Shown: positions 1 to 7,032 of the stretch, piece by piece
Layout of the letters: the number at the start of each line of letters is the position of its first letter
How positions within the stretch are numbered: position 1 is the stretch's first letter
Assembly: GCA_016703225.1 (NCBI GenBank)
Contig: JADJCM010000002.1
Coordinates: 504,106-528,105, forward strand
Length of the DNA stretch: 24,000 nucleotides
DNA from: Lysobacterales bacterium
GTDB lineage: Bacteria > Pseudomonadota > Gammaproteobacteria > Xanthomonadales > Ahniellaceae
Reading direction: 5' to 3'
Notes under the pieces: generated by a model
Database searches by the model: none
What the model saw: the letters and a program-made list of their open reading frames with translations, nothing else
Told to the model about the DNA's origin: nothing
Position numbers and translations under genes: made by a program

Positions 1-1722
1 CTGCAGAAACATGGCGTATTGCTCCGACGAGTTCAGCGTTTGCACGCCGGGCTCGGGTTCGGCCGACCGGGCCAAGGCCAGGCTGCGCCGGATCGCCCGT
101 TCCGCTTCCTGCGGTTCCCCCTGGTCGCGATCGACCATGAACTGCACTTCCTGCGCCAGAGCTTCCACGGCCGGCATTGGGGTGCCGGTGCCGAGTTGCT
201 GCAATGCGGCGGCAAGGACCTGTTCCGCGGCCTCCGTTTGCTTCAGTTGCCGCAGGCTGTCGGCCCATTCGATGCGGCAGGTGATGGCGAGTTCATGGCC
301 GGCACCGTACACCTGGTCGGCAAGCGGGCACGCTGCTTCCAGGTTGGCCCGCCGGGGTTCGTACTGGCGCAGGTCAAGGCGCATCCGCGCCAGCATCTTC
401 AACAACTCGTGGCGGAGGGCGGGTTCCATGCCGGTTTCGGCGCGCACGCGACGTTCGCCCTCCGCGACCAGCGCTTCCGCGGGCACAGGTTGACCGTGGT
501 GGACCTCCGGATCGATGGTGGCAAACAGGTCCATCAGGAACGTGCGGACCGCGGTGGCACGCACGGCCTCGCGCGCGGCTTCGCGGGCTTGCCATGCGGT
601 GGTGGCGGCGCCGGCCAGGATCGCCAGCAACACGGCCGCTGCCGCGGAGACGGCCCAGCGGTTACGGCGCAGGAACTTGCGCGCGCGATACCAAGAGCCC
701 CCCTGGCGTGCCGCTACCGGCTGGCCATTGCGCCATGCATCGAGATCAGCGATCAGGGCATCGACGCCCGGATAACGCTGGTCCGGTTCCTTTTCAAGGC
801 AACGCCGGCAGATCGCGTCGAGGTCGGCATCGGGCTGCCCGGTGTCGCGGGTGGCCGGTGCCGGCACCTCCTCGCAGACCCGGCGCACCAACTCGGCGAT
901 GGGCAGGCCGGACAACGCCAGCGGATCCCGCCCGGACAACACGCGGTGCAGCAGGGCGCCGAGGGCATACACATCGGTGCGCGTGCCCACCGGTTCACCG
1001 CGCAATTGCTCCGGGGCCGCGCAATGGGGCGTTGCTGCGAGATCCTGTGTTTCCGAAGGGCCGGCGCCGTCCGAAAGCACCTTCGCGATGCCGAAATCGA
1101 GCAGGAAGGGTTGGTCCGCACCGTCCACGAGGATGTTCGCCGGCTTGATGTCGCGATGGACGACGAGTTCGCGATGCGCGAGCGAGACGGCGTCGGCGAT
1201 GGCTCGGAATACGGCGAGCCGGGTTGCCCGGTCGGGCTGGCGGGTTTCGAGCCAGCGGTCGAGCGGCTGCCCGTCGATCCAATCGGTGACCAGGAACGGC
1301 CCCAGCGCGGGGTCATCGCCGGCGTCGAGCAGGCGCGCGATCGCCGGATGTACCAGCCGAGCGAGCACCTGCCGTTCCTGTTCGAGGCGACGCGCCGTGC
1401 CGGCCCGGTCGGTGCGGAAGAACTTGATCGCGACTTGCTTCCGGTAACTGCCGTCGGCGCGTTCGGCCAGCCACACTTCGCCCATGCCGCCGCGACCGAT
1501 CGGACGCAGCAGCGACCACGGGCCCACGCGCTGTCCGGATTGCCGGGCGGGCGCGGTTTCGAGGAATCCCCGGGAGGCCTCGATGTCCTCGAGCCAACCT
1601 GCCGCATCGCGGGCGAGATCAGCGGAGACCGCGGCCAGTTCCGCAAGCGCCGCGGCCCGGCCATCGGGTGCCAGCGCCAGCAGGCGATCGACGGCGGCCT
1701 CGAGTTCTTCGAACGGGCGCAC
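1..1722 (-). CDS. Membrane-anchored Ser/Thr protein kinase, partial (C-terminus lies beyond window start)
   Basis: Absent from the ORF track because no stop lies in the window. My hand translation of the minus frame (codon first bases divisible by 3) is open from 1722 to 1. It gives IGRGGMGEVW (glycine loop), VAIKFF, catalytic loop HRDIKPANILV (1158-1126), DFGIAK and AAPE. One hydrophobic helix follows, WAVSAAAAVLLAILAGAATTAW (~595-657), then a helical TPR-like tail. GTG 1722 is the first start codon after an in-frame TGA (1819-1821) and lies 11 nt after the sigma-factor stop. Confidence 0.9.
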   Translation of the reverse strand, partial: MRPFEELEAAVDRLLALAPDGRAAALAELAAVSADLARDAAGWLEDIEASRGFLETAPARQSGQRVGPWSLLRPIGRGGMGEVWLAERADGSYRKQVAIKFFRTDRAGTARRLEQERQVLARLVHPAIARLLDAGDDPALGPFLVTDWIDGQPLDRWLETRQPDRATRLAVFRAIADAVSLAHRELVVHRDIKPANILVDGADQPFLLDFGIAKVLSDGAGPSETQDLAATPHCAAPEQLRGEPVGTRTDVYALGALLHRVLSGRDPLALSGLPIAELVRRVCEEVPAPATRDTGQPDADLDAICRRCLEKEPDQRYPGVDALIADLDAWRNGQPVAARQGGSWYRARKFLRRNRWAVSAAAAVLLAILAGAATTAWQAREAAREAVRATAVRTFLMDLFATIDPEVHHGQPVPAEALVAEGERRVRAETGMEPALRHELLKMLARMRLDLRQYEPRRANLEAACPLADQVYGAGHELAITCRIEWADSLRQLKQTEAAEQVLAAALQQLGTGTPMPAVEALAQEVQFMVDRDQGEPQEAERAIRRSLALARSAEPEPGVQTLNSSEQYAMFLQ

Positions 1723-1733
1723 GGTGGCCGCGC

Positions 1734-2336
1734 TCAGGATCCGGATGCGGCCGGATCGGACAGCGCGCGGAACAACCAGGCGCGGGCCTTGGTCCAGTCG
1801 CGACGGACCGTCGCCGGATCACGCCCCAGCACTTCGCCCACTTCCTCCTCGGTCAGGCCACCAAAGAACCGCAGTACGACGGTTTGCGCCAGCCGCGGGC
1901 TGGCCTGTTCCAGTTGTGCCAACGCCTGGTGAACGGCGAGGGCCTGCACGGACACCTGTTCGTCGGTGTCGGCCAGCGTGATGTCGTCAAGCGGCACGTG
2001 CGCGGCGCCTTCGCCACGTTTGCCGGCAAGGGTGCGTCGCGCCCGGTCGATGATGATCTGGCGCATCGACTGCGCCGCGAGCGCGAAGAAGTGCGCCGGG
2101 TCCGTGGGTGCCTCGATGTGCGCCGCGCTGAGTTTCAGGTAGGCCTCGTGCACGAGACCGGTGGTATCAAGCGTGGCGGAGGCATTCAGGGACTGCCGGT
2201 GCTTGCGCGCAACGCTGCGCAGTTCCCCGTGCAGCACGGCGAACAACTCGGCCATGCGCGTGACCGACCGCGCCCGGTCGGCCAGGGTGGCGGTGAGCGT
2301 GGCGAAGGTGTCGGGCGGCAGGTCGGTCGGGTCCAC
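1734..2336 (-). CDS. ECF-type RNA polymerase sigma-70 factor (kinase-associated, TIGR02999/ECF43-like)
   Basis: ORF track 1734..2555(-). Region 2 (LVHEAYLKL) and the region 4 HTH (VVLRFFGGLTEEEVGEVLGRDPATVRRDWTKARAWL) are recognisable. The first ~219 nt of the tracked ORF overlap the divergent gene start and look non-coding. GTG 2336 (VDPTDLPPDTFATLTATL...) keeps the family-typical N-terminus and gives 200 aa. The start is uncertain; ATG 2255 is an alternative. Confidence 0.85.
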   Translation of the reverse strand: MDPTDLPPDTFATLTATLADRARSVTRMAELFAVLHGELRSVARKHRQSLNASATLDTTGLVHEAYLKLSAAHIEAPTDPAHFFALAAQSMRQIIIDRARRTLAGKRGEGAAHVPLDDITLADTDEQVSVQALAVHQALAQLEQASPRLAQTVVLRFFGGLTEEEVGEVLGRDPATVRRDWTKARAWLFRALSDPAASGS

Positions 2337-2427
2337 CGGCGGATTATGGCGGTCGCTCCGCCCGGATGCGCGGTTTTTCCGGGTTCCTGCGATACGGCAT
2401 TCAAGACCCCGACCAGGAGCCCCTGCC

Positions 2428-3915
2428 ATGACCCGATCCACTCGCTTTCCGATCCGCTGGACCGCCCTGCTGGTGCTGGTCCTGATCCCCATCCTTTGCC
2501 AGGCTCCGGCCTCCGCCGCGACATTGACCTGGCCGGGCAGCGCCCCCTGTGACACGACCCTTCAGGCCTGCGTGGACGCCGCTGCGATCAACGATGTGGT
2601 GCAGATCGGCAGTGGTGCCGGCGAGATCACGGACTCGCTGGTGATCTCGAAGCCGATCACGCTGCGCAGCGCGCCGCTGGCGCGCGGGCGCTTTCGGAAC
2701 ACCACCGTCAGCATCCAGTCGTCCTTTGCTGGCACCGGCAATGTCAATGTGCTGGAGAATGTGCAACTGATCAACACGCCGATCTCGGTCAGCCTGGGCA
2801 GCAACGAGCCGATAGATCAGCACGTGGTTGAACTGAATCAACTGGACATTTCCGGCCTGGCCGGCCTAACGGCGGGGATCTCGGTCGCCACGCCGCAGAC
2901 GGCCTCGCAGAAGACCCTGCGCATTCGCCACCTGCGTTTCGTGGGCGGTCATGGCGTGGGCTACAATGGCAGTCCGCCGTCTGTTTCCGTGGAAATCGCC
3001 GACAGCCAGTTCATCAAGACGACCGTGGAGCGTGACCCAGTTACGTTCGTGCTGGACGGCAACCAGCAGTTCAGGTTTCGACGGAATCGAATCGAATCCC
3101 TGAATCACGATATCGGAGCTTGCTTGACCCTTCACGCGCTCGCTGGCGCGACCGTCAGTGCAGAGATCGACCGCAACCTCATCAACGGTTGCGAAGCGGG
3201 GGTCAGCTTGGTCGCCCAATCCGGCGCAACAGCATTGCAAGCCAGGGTCCGCAATAACACGATCCGCACGCGGCTGTTCGGTGTCACCGTTTCGGGCACT
3301 TCGGCGAGCGCAGAGGTGGACAACAATATCTTCTCAAGGGTCGCGACGTTTGGCGTGGAAAAGTTCGCTGGCGCGCAGGTGCTGGCTGCGCACAATCTCT
3401 ATCACCAGACGCCGCAGACCTTGGTTGGTGAAATCGGCTGGGTGGTGGCAGACCCGTTGTTTGCGTCAACCTACGATTTTCATCTGACTCCGGCTTCGCC
3501 GGCGATCAATGCCGGACTTGCGTCATCGATCCCTGCAGGCGGTGATTTCGACGGTGTGACCGGCACGGTTCCGACCATTGGTGCCCACGACTATCAATTC
3601 GGCGGCGCCGACCTGCATAGGGCGACGGCTGAAAACTCCGTCTCCAACATCACCAACTTGCCCACGTCGATGTCGCGGCCGTTGAGTGAGGTCATGGTGC
3701 AGAGCGTGATCGAAGGTTTCCCATTGCCGGCTTGGGCACCCAACCATTTGGGCGTATACAGCTTCATCACAGCGCCGTCTCGCACGGTGATTTTCAGCCA
3801 GAACCAACAGTCGATTTCGCCACCGCGGCAGTTCTTCGTGCTCGACAGCAATCGCCACCAGACGCTGTCGCATACAGCCGATGTGAGCAATATCAGTGCG
3901 CATGTCGCTACTTGA
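2428..3915 (+). CDS. Secreted right-handed parallel beta-helix repeat protein (upstream part of an apparently frameshifted gene)
   Basis: ATG 2428 is preceded by AGGAG (2415-2419). The signal peptide is MTRSTRFPIRWTALLVLVLIPILCQAPASA|AT. Repetitive N/G/I-rich rungs follow (IDRNLINGCEAGVSL, VRNNTIRTRLFGVTV, VDNNIFSRV). The beta-helix ends with the typical DFDGVTGTVPTIGAHDYQ. The tracked ORF begins at 2161, but that extension overlaps the sigma gene. Confidence 0.8.
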   Translation: MTRSTRFPIRWTALLVLVLIPILCQAPASAATLTWPGSAPCDTTLQACVDAAAINDVVQIGSGAGEITDSLVISKPITLRSAPLARGRFRNTTVSIQSSFAGTGNVNVLENVQLINTPISVSLGSNEPIDQHVVELNQLDISGLAGLTAGISVATPQTASQKTLRIRHLRFVGGHGVGYNGSPPSVSVEIADSQFIKTTVERDPVTFVLDGNQQFRFRRNRIESLNHDIGACLTLHALAGATVSAEIDRNLINGCEAGVSLVAQSGATALQARVRNNTIRTRLFGVTVSGTSASAEVDNNIFSRVATFGVEKFAGAQVLAAHNLYHQTPQTLVGEIGWVVADPLFASTYDFHLTPASPAINAGLASSIPAGGDFDGVTGTVPTIGAHDYQFGGADLHRATAENSVSNITNLPTSMSRPLSEVMVQSVIEGFPLPAWAPNHLGVYSFITAPSRTVIFSQNQQSISPPRQFFVLDSNRHQTLSHTADVSNISAHVAT

Positions 3916-4412
3916 ACTGGGCGCCGCTGAATGGCAATCCGTTCGCCAAACCCGTGGTGGTGCAGCGCGCGGTGCCCGTGGGTGGCGTGCTGAATGATCA
4001 TCCCATTGGTGTCTGGTACGACAGCTTCAACGCCCGCTGGGCGGTCTTCAATCAAGATATGGTCGTCATGCCGCCAGGGGCGATGTTCGATGTCACATTG
4101 GCCAATGACTTCGTGCCCTATGCCTTCACCGCGGCGGCCGCAGTCAGCCCCAGTCTGGACTTGATCCTGGACCACCCGCTTCTGAACAATTCCCCCTGTG
4201 CAGCCGTATTCGTTACGCCCGTTTTCCAAGGCACCTACTTGCCTTCCACCGTGCATGTACGCTATCGACCGACGACCCATGATGGTGGGCGCTGGACGGT
4301 ATTGCGCGGGGATGGCGAACTGTTTCAAAGCGGCATGGACATGAACGTTTATGTGGATCCCGTGCGCTCCAGATCCTGCCTTTCGGACGGCTTGTTCGGC
4401 GACAGTCTGGAA
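3616..4412 (+). repeat. Three tandem ~85-residue protein modules (3616-3870, 3871-4124, 4125-4412) at the C-terminus of the beta-helix protein
   Basis: The units align by eye. Openings: HRATAENSVSNITNLPTSMSRPLSEVMVQ / HTADVSNISAHVA.YLNWAPLNGNPFAKPVVVQ / FTAAAAVSPSLDLILDHPLLNNSPCAAVFVT. Cores: NHLGVYSFITAPSRTVIFSQNQQSISPPRQFFV / HPIGVWYDSFNARWAVFNQDMVVMPPGAMFDV / STVHVRYRPTTHDGGRWTVLRGDGELFQSGMDMNVYV. Unit 1 is 255 nt and unit 2 is 254 nt. Confidence 0.6.
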
Positions 4413-4415
4413 TAG
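3912..4415 (+). CDS. Continuation of the beta-helix protein in the -1 frame (repeat modules 2-3); either a frameshifted gene part or a TTG-initiated coupled ORF
   Basis: Frame of tracked ORF 3732..4415. There is no ATG before residue ~110 of that ORF. TTG 3912 overlaps the upstream TGA (cTTGAa). The product (YLNWAPLNGNPFAKPVVVQ...HPIGVWYDSFNARWAVFNQDMVVMPPGAMFDV...) continues the repeat begun in the upstream frame. Confidence 0.5.
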   Translation: MNWAPLNGNPFAKPVVVQRAVPVGGVLNDHPIGVWYDSFNARWAVFNQDMVVMPPGAMFDVTLANDFVPYAFTAAAAVSPSLDLILDHPLLNNSPCAAVFVTPVFQGTYLPSTVHVRYRPTTHDGGRWTVLRGDGELFQSGMDMNVYVDPVRSRSCLSDGLFGDSLE

Positions 4416-4435
4416 GTGCGCCAAGGGTGCCGTCG

Positions 4436-4462
4436 GCGCACTTGACCGACCGTCAAGTGCGC
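4436..4462 (+). terminator. Perfect 11-bp stem / 5-nt loop hairpin after the beta-helix gene (possible terminator, no clear U-tract)
   Basis: GCGCACTTGAC (4436-4446), cgacc, GTCAAGTGCGC (4452-4462), starting 21 nt after the TAG at 4413-4415. An upstream GGTGCGCC (4415-4422) could pair alternatively with GGCGCAC. Only a short TTT follows. Confidence 0.4.
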
Positions 4463-4658
4463 ACCGGACGGTTTGGGCCGCCTACGAATCGATGGGCCAT
4501 ACGGATTTCGGCGGCTTTGGCGGGTGGTGGCTTGAGCGCCGAGGCGCTTGGCCGCTCCTAAGCTTGGCGATGCGGGTGCAGGGGGATGGGACCGAATCGC
4601 CGCTGCGAGGCCGACTGGACGCGCTGACCGGGCTCGGGCCGGTCATGATTCCGACACG

Positions 4659-4698
4659 CTGTCGCAACAAATCGGCGGCGGTGTCATAAAGCAGTCAA
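4659..4698 (+). promoter_or_regulatory. Two tandem Pho boxes (PhoB-binding sites) upstream of the porin-pst operon
   Basis: There are four 7-bp repeats in 11-bp phase: CTGTCGC-aaca-AATCGGC-ggcg-GTGTCAT-aaag-CAGTCAA. The promoter-proximal box, GTGTCATAAAGCAGTCAA (4681-4698), closely matches the CTGTCAT-N4-CTGTCAT consensus. A -10-like AATACA lies at 4707-4712 and the ATG at 4747. Confidence 0.6.
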
Positions 4699-4746
4699 AT
4701 CCCGGCAATACAGTGCGCGCCCGTCCGTCACCCTGGGGTCGCCGCT

Positions 4747-5859
4747 ATGTCACATATTCGTCGTTTGTCCGTTCTTGCCGTTGCCAGTGCGCTTTCCCTG
4801 CCGGCGCATGCCGAGTACCAGTTCGATCGCATTGGCGAATATGACGCTTTTGTGGACGGTGTCCTGCAGACCGATGCCAACTGGTTCGACGACGACCATC
4901 GTGATTTCGTCAACGATGCCGAGTTCCGTCGTGCCGAGATCATCTTCCGCCTGAAGAACGAGAAGAACACCGAGTTCTACGTCGGCTACGACCCGCGTGC
5001 CGACAAGTGGCTTGATGTCTACGCCAAGTTCATGATGGGCCCGGGCGGCCAGGTTCGCGTCGGCCAGTACAAGCAGAACATGAACATGGAAGAGCTGATC
5101 TCGACCAAGAGCATCGACTTCGTGTCGCGAGCGCTCCCGAACCTGTTCACGATCGGACGCCGTCTCGGCGTCGACTACATGCAGTTCGGCAGCAATTGGA
5201 CGGCATCGATCGGTGTGTACGATCGCGAGTTGACCAACAATGCCGGCAAGGGCACCGGCGTCATCGCCCGTGCCACCTACGCGCCGATCTACGAACTCGA
5301 GGAAACGCTGCATTTCGGTATCGCGGCGCTGTCGCAGGAACAGGCCAAGGGCGTCGCACGCTTCTCCACCCGCCCGGAAGCCGATCTCGCGAATTTCCGA
5401 TTGGTCGACACCGGTAATCTGGCGGGGGCCGAGCGCAACAACCAGATCGGACTCGAAGCCGCCTACTCGAATGGCCCATGGGCGGTGCAGGGCGAATACC
5501 TGCGCGCCGATGTGTCGCGCGGCGCCGGCTTCGACAACTATGTGGCTGACGGCTACTACGTGTACGGCACCTGGTTCGTGACCGGCGAGTTCAAGACCTA
5601 CAAGCAGGGCGTGTTCAGCTATCCGGTGCCGAACGATCCGGGCAAGGGTGCGCTGCAACTCGGCCTGCGCTATTCGGCGGTCAACCTCGACGATGGCGCC
5701 GTGCTCGGTGGTGAGGAACAGAACTGGACCGTCGGTGCCAACTGGTACTGGCGCTCGAACTTCAAGCTCTCGCTCGACTACACGGCGGTGAGCAGCGAGA
5801 AGGCGGGCGTTTCCGACGACCCCAATCTCGTTACCGCCCGCTTCCAGTTCATGTTCTGA
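4747..5859 (+). CDS. oprP: Phosphate-selective porin, OprO/OprP family
   Basis: Tracked ORF of 370 aa. Signal peptide MSHIRRLSVLAVASALSLPAHA|EY. The body shows beta-barrel-like alternating patterns and ends in the terminal aromatic ...VTARFQFMF. It sits directly upstream of pstS, 10 nt apart, as in Pho-regulated oprO/P-pst loci. Confidence 0.9.
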   Translation: MSHIRRLSVLAVASALSLPAHAEYQFDRIGEYDAFVDGVLQTDANWFDDDHRDFVNDAEFRRAEIIFRLKNEKNTEFYVGYDPRADKWLDVYAKFMMGPGGQVRVGQYKQNMNMEELISTKSIDFVSRALPNLFTIGRRLGVDYMQFGSNWTASIGVYDRELTNNAGKGTGVIARATYAPIYELEETLHFGIAALSQEQAKGVARFSTRPEADLANFRLVDTGNLAGAERNNQIGLEAAYSNGPWAVQGEYLRADVSRGAGFDNYVADGYYVYGTWFVTGEFKTYKQGVFSYPVPNDPGKGALQLGLRYSAVNLDDGAVLGGEEQNWTVGANWYWRSNFKLSLDYTAVSSEKAGVSDDPNLVTARFQFMF

Positions 5860-5869
5860 GGACACGACC

Positions 5870-6889
5870 ATGTTGCGCATGCTCAAGAGCAAGTTGCTCG
5901 TCGCCCTGGTTGCGCTCAGCGCCTGCGGCATCGCCCCGGCCGCCGACGTGATCGGCGCCGGATCGAGCTTCGTTTACCCGGTCATGGCCAAGTGGTCGGC
6001 CGACTATCGCGCCGTCACCCAGACCAGGATCAACTACCAGGCCATCGGCTCGGGTGGTGGCATCGCCCAGATCAAGGCCAGGACGGTCGACTTCGGCGCG
6101 TCCGACAAGCCGCTCGATACCGCCGAACTGGCCGCCGCCAACCTGGTGCAGTTTCCGCTGGTGATCGGCGGCGTGGTGCCGGTGGTCAATGTCGCCGGCG
6201 TCACGCCGGGTGGCATCCGCTTCAACGGCCCGGTGCTGGCCGACATCTTCCTCGGCAAGATCAAGCGCTGGAACGATGCCGCCATCGTCGCGCTCAATCC
6301 GGGCGTCACCCTGCCGGATCAGGCGATCACGGTCGTGCATCGCTCGGATGGCTCGGGTACTACCTTCAACTTCACCAATTACCTGGCCAAGGTCAGCGGC
6401 GAGTGGAAGAGCAAGGCGGGCGAGGGCATCACCGTGCGCTGGCCGGTCGGTATCGGCGGCAAGGGCAATGAAGGCGTGTCTGCTTACGTGAAGCAGATCA
6501 AGGGCGGCATCGGTTATGTCGAGCTGACCTACGCGCTGCAGAGCAAGTTGAGCTACGCGCTGCTGCAGAACGCAGCCGGCGAGTTCGTCGCGCCGAACGA
6601 AGAGAGCTTCCAGGCCGCCGCCGACAGCGCCGAGTGGGACAAGGCGCAGGACTTCAACCTGGTGATCACCAATGCGCCCGGCGCCAAGGCCTGGCCGATT
6701 GCCGCAACCGTGTTCGTGATGATGTCCAAGCAGCCAAAGAACGCCGAGAATGCGAAAGCCGCGCTCGCCTACTTTGACTGGGTGTTCGCCAACGGCGCCG
6801 CGCAGGCGAGTGCGCTGCATTACGTCTCGCTGCCGGCCAAGGTGCAGGCGCAGGCGAAGGCGCACTGGACGGGGGCGTTGAAGTACTAA
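5870..6889 (+). CDS. pstS: Phosphate ABC transporter substrate-binding protein PstS
   Basis: 339 aa, with GAGGA overlapping the porin stop as RBS. Contains the motifs GAGSSFVYPV, YQAIGSGGGI and HRSDGSGTTFNFTNYL typical of PstS. Confidence 0.97.
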   Translation: MLRMLKSKLLVALVALSACGIAPAADVIGAGSSFVYPVMAKWSADYRAVTQTRINYQAIGSGGGIAQIKARTVDFGASDKPLDTAELAAANLVQFPLVIGGVVPVVNVAGVTPGGIRFNGPVLADIFLGKIKRWNDAAIVALNPGVTLPDQAITVVHRSDGSGTTFNFTNYLAKVSGEWKSKAGEGITVRWPVGIGGKGNEGVSAYVKQIKGGIGYVELTYALQSKLSYALLQNAAGEFVAPNEESFQAAADSAEWDKAQDFNLVITNAPGAKAWPIAATVFVMMSKQPKNAENAKAALAYFDWVFANGAAQASALHYVSLPAKVQAQAKAHWTGALKY

Positions 6890-6897
6890 GCATCCGA

Positions 6898-7008
6898 CTC
6901 CCTCCCTTGCGCGCGCAGCGCGGAGGGGAGGGTTGGGGAGGGGTGCTTCAGGCATCGCCGAAGAGCGACCCCCTCCCGGCCTCCCCCTCGCTGCGCGAAG
7001 GGGAGGAG
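6898..7008. repeat. REP-like GC-rich element: two hairpins built from CCCTCCC/GGGAGGG arms plus a G4-capable G-run
   Basis: Hairpin 1 pairs CCCTCCC (6900-6906) with GGGAGGG (6926-6932). Hairpin 2 pairs CTCCCC (6981-6986) with GGGGAG (7000-7005), plus TCG/CGA. The run GGGGAGGGTTGGGGAGGGG lies at 6925-6943. The element occupies the pstS-pstC spacer. Confidence 0.5.
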
Positions 7009-7032
7009 TTTCAGCCTCGCGGGATTGCAGTC

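Noticed and set aside
19-1932. 637-aa + strand ORF, plus several nested ORFs at 11-1981
   Set aside because: The products are Arg/Gly/Ala/Pro-rich low-complexity sequence with no motifs. The opposite strand encodes an unmistakable Ser/Thr kinase (HRDIKPANILV, DFGIAK) and an ECF sigma. These are antisense shadow ORFs typical of high-GC DNA.
2343-2387. GGAAC (complement of 2383-2387) and CATAAT (complement of 2343-2348) upstream of the sigma gene, as possible ECF -35 and sigma-70 -10 elements
   Set aside because: The two elements are 34 nt apart, so they do not form one promoter. The CATAAT is only 6 nt from the proposed GTG start. No matching partner hexamers were found, and the same motifs are not shared with the other secreted-protein genes.
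2161-2427. N-terminal extension of the beta-helix ORF (tracked start 2161)
   Set aside because: It overlaps the sigma-factor coding region on the other strand. ATG 2428 has an AGGAG RBS and is immediately followed by a textbook signal peptide.
3084-3098. (GAATC)x3 pentanucleotide run, with a fourth copy at 3102-3106, inside the beta-helix gene as a possible phase-variation tract
   Set aside because: Only three contiguous units are present, encoding RNRIESLN in frame. That is too short to argue for slipped-strand switching without population data.
4351-4689. 112-aa ORF in the spacer between the beta-helix gene and the porin gene
   Set aside because: It overlaps the end of the preceding gene, has no RBS and runs through the hairpin and Pho-box region. 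The sequence is Trp/Gly/Arg-rich and unprotein-like.
5870-5950. Lipobox-like LSAC in the PstS signal peptide (MLRMLKSKLLVALVALSACGIAPAAD), suggesting a lipidated PstS
   Set aside because: The case is ambiguous. An equally good signal peptidase I site (APA|AD) lies six residues downstream, and sequence alone cannot decide.
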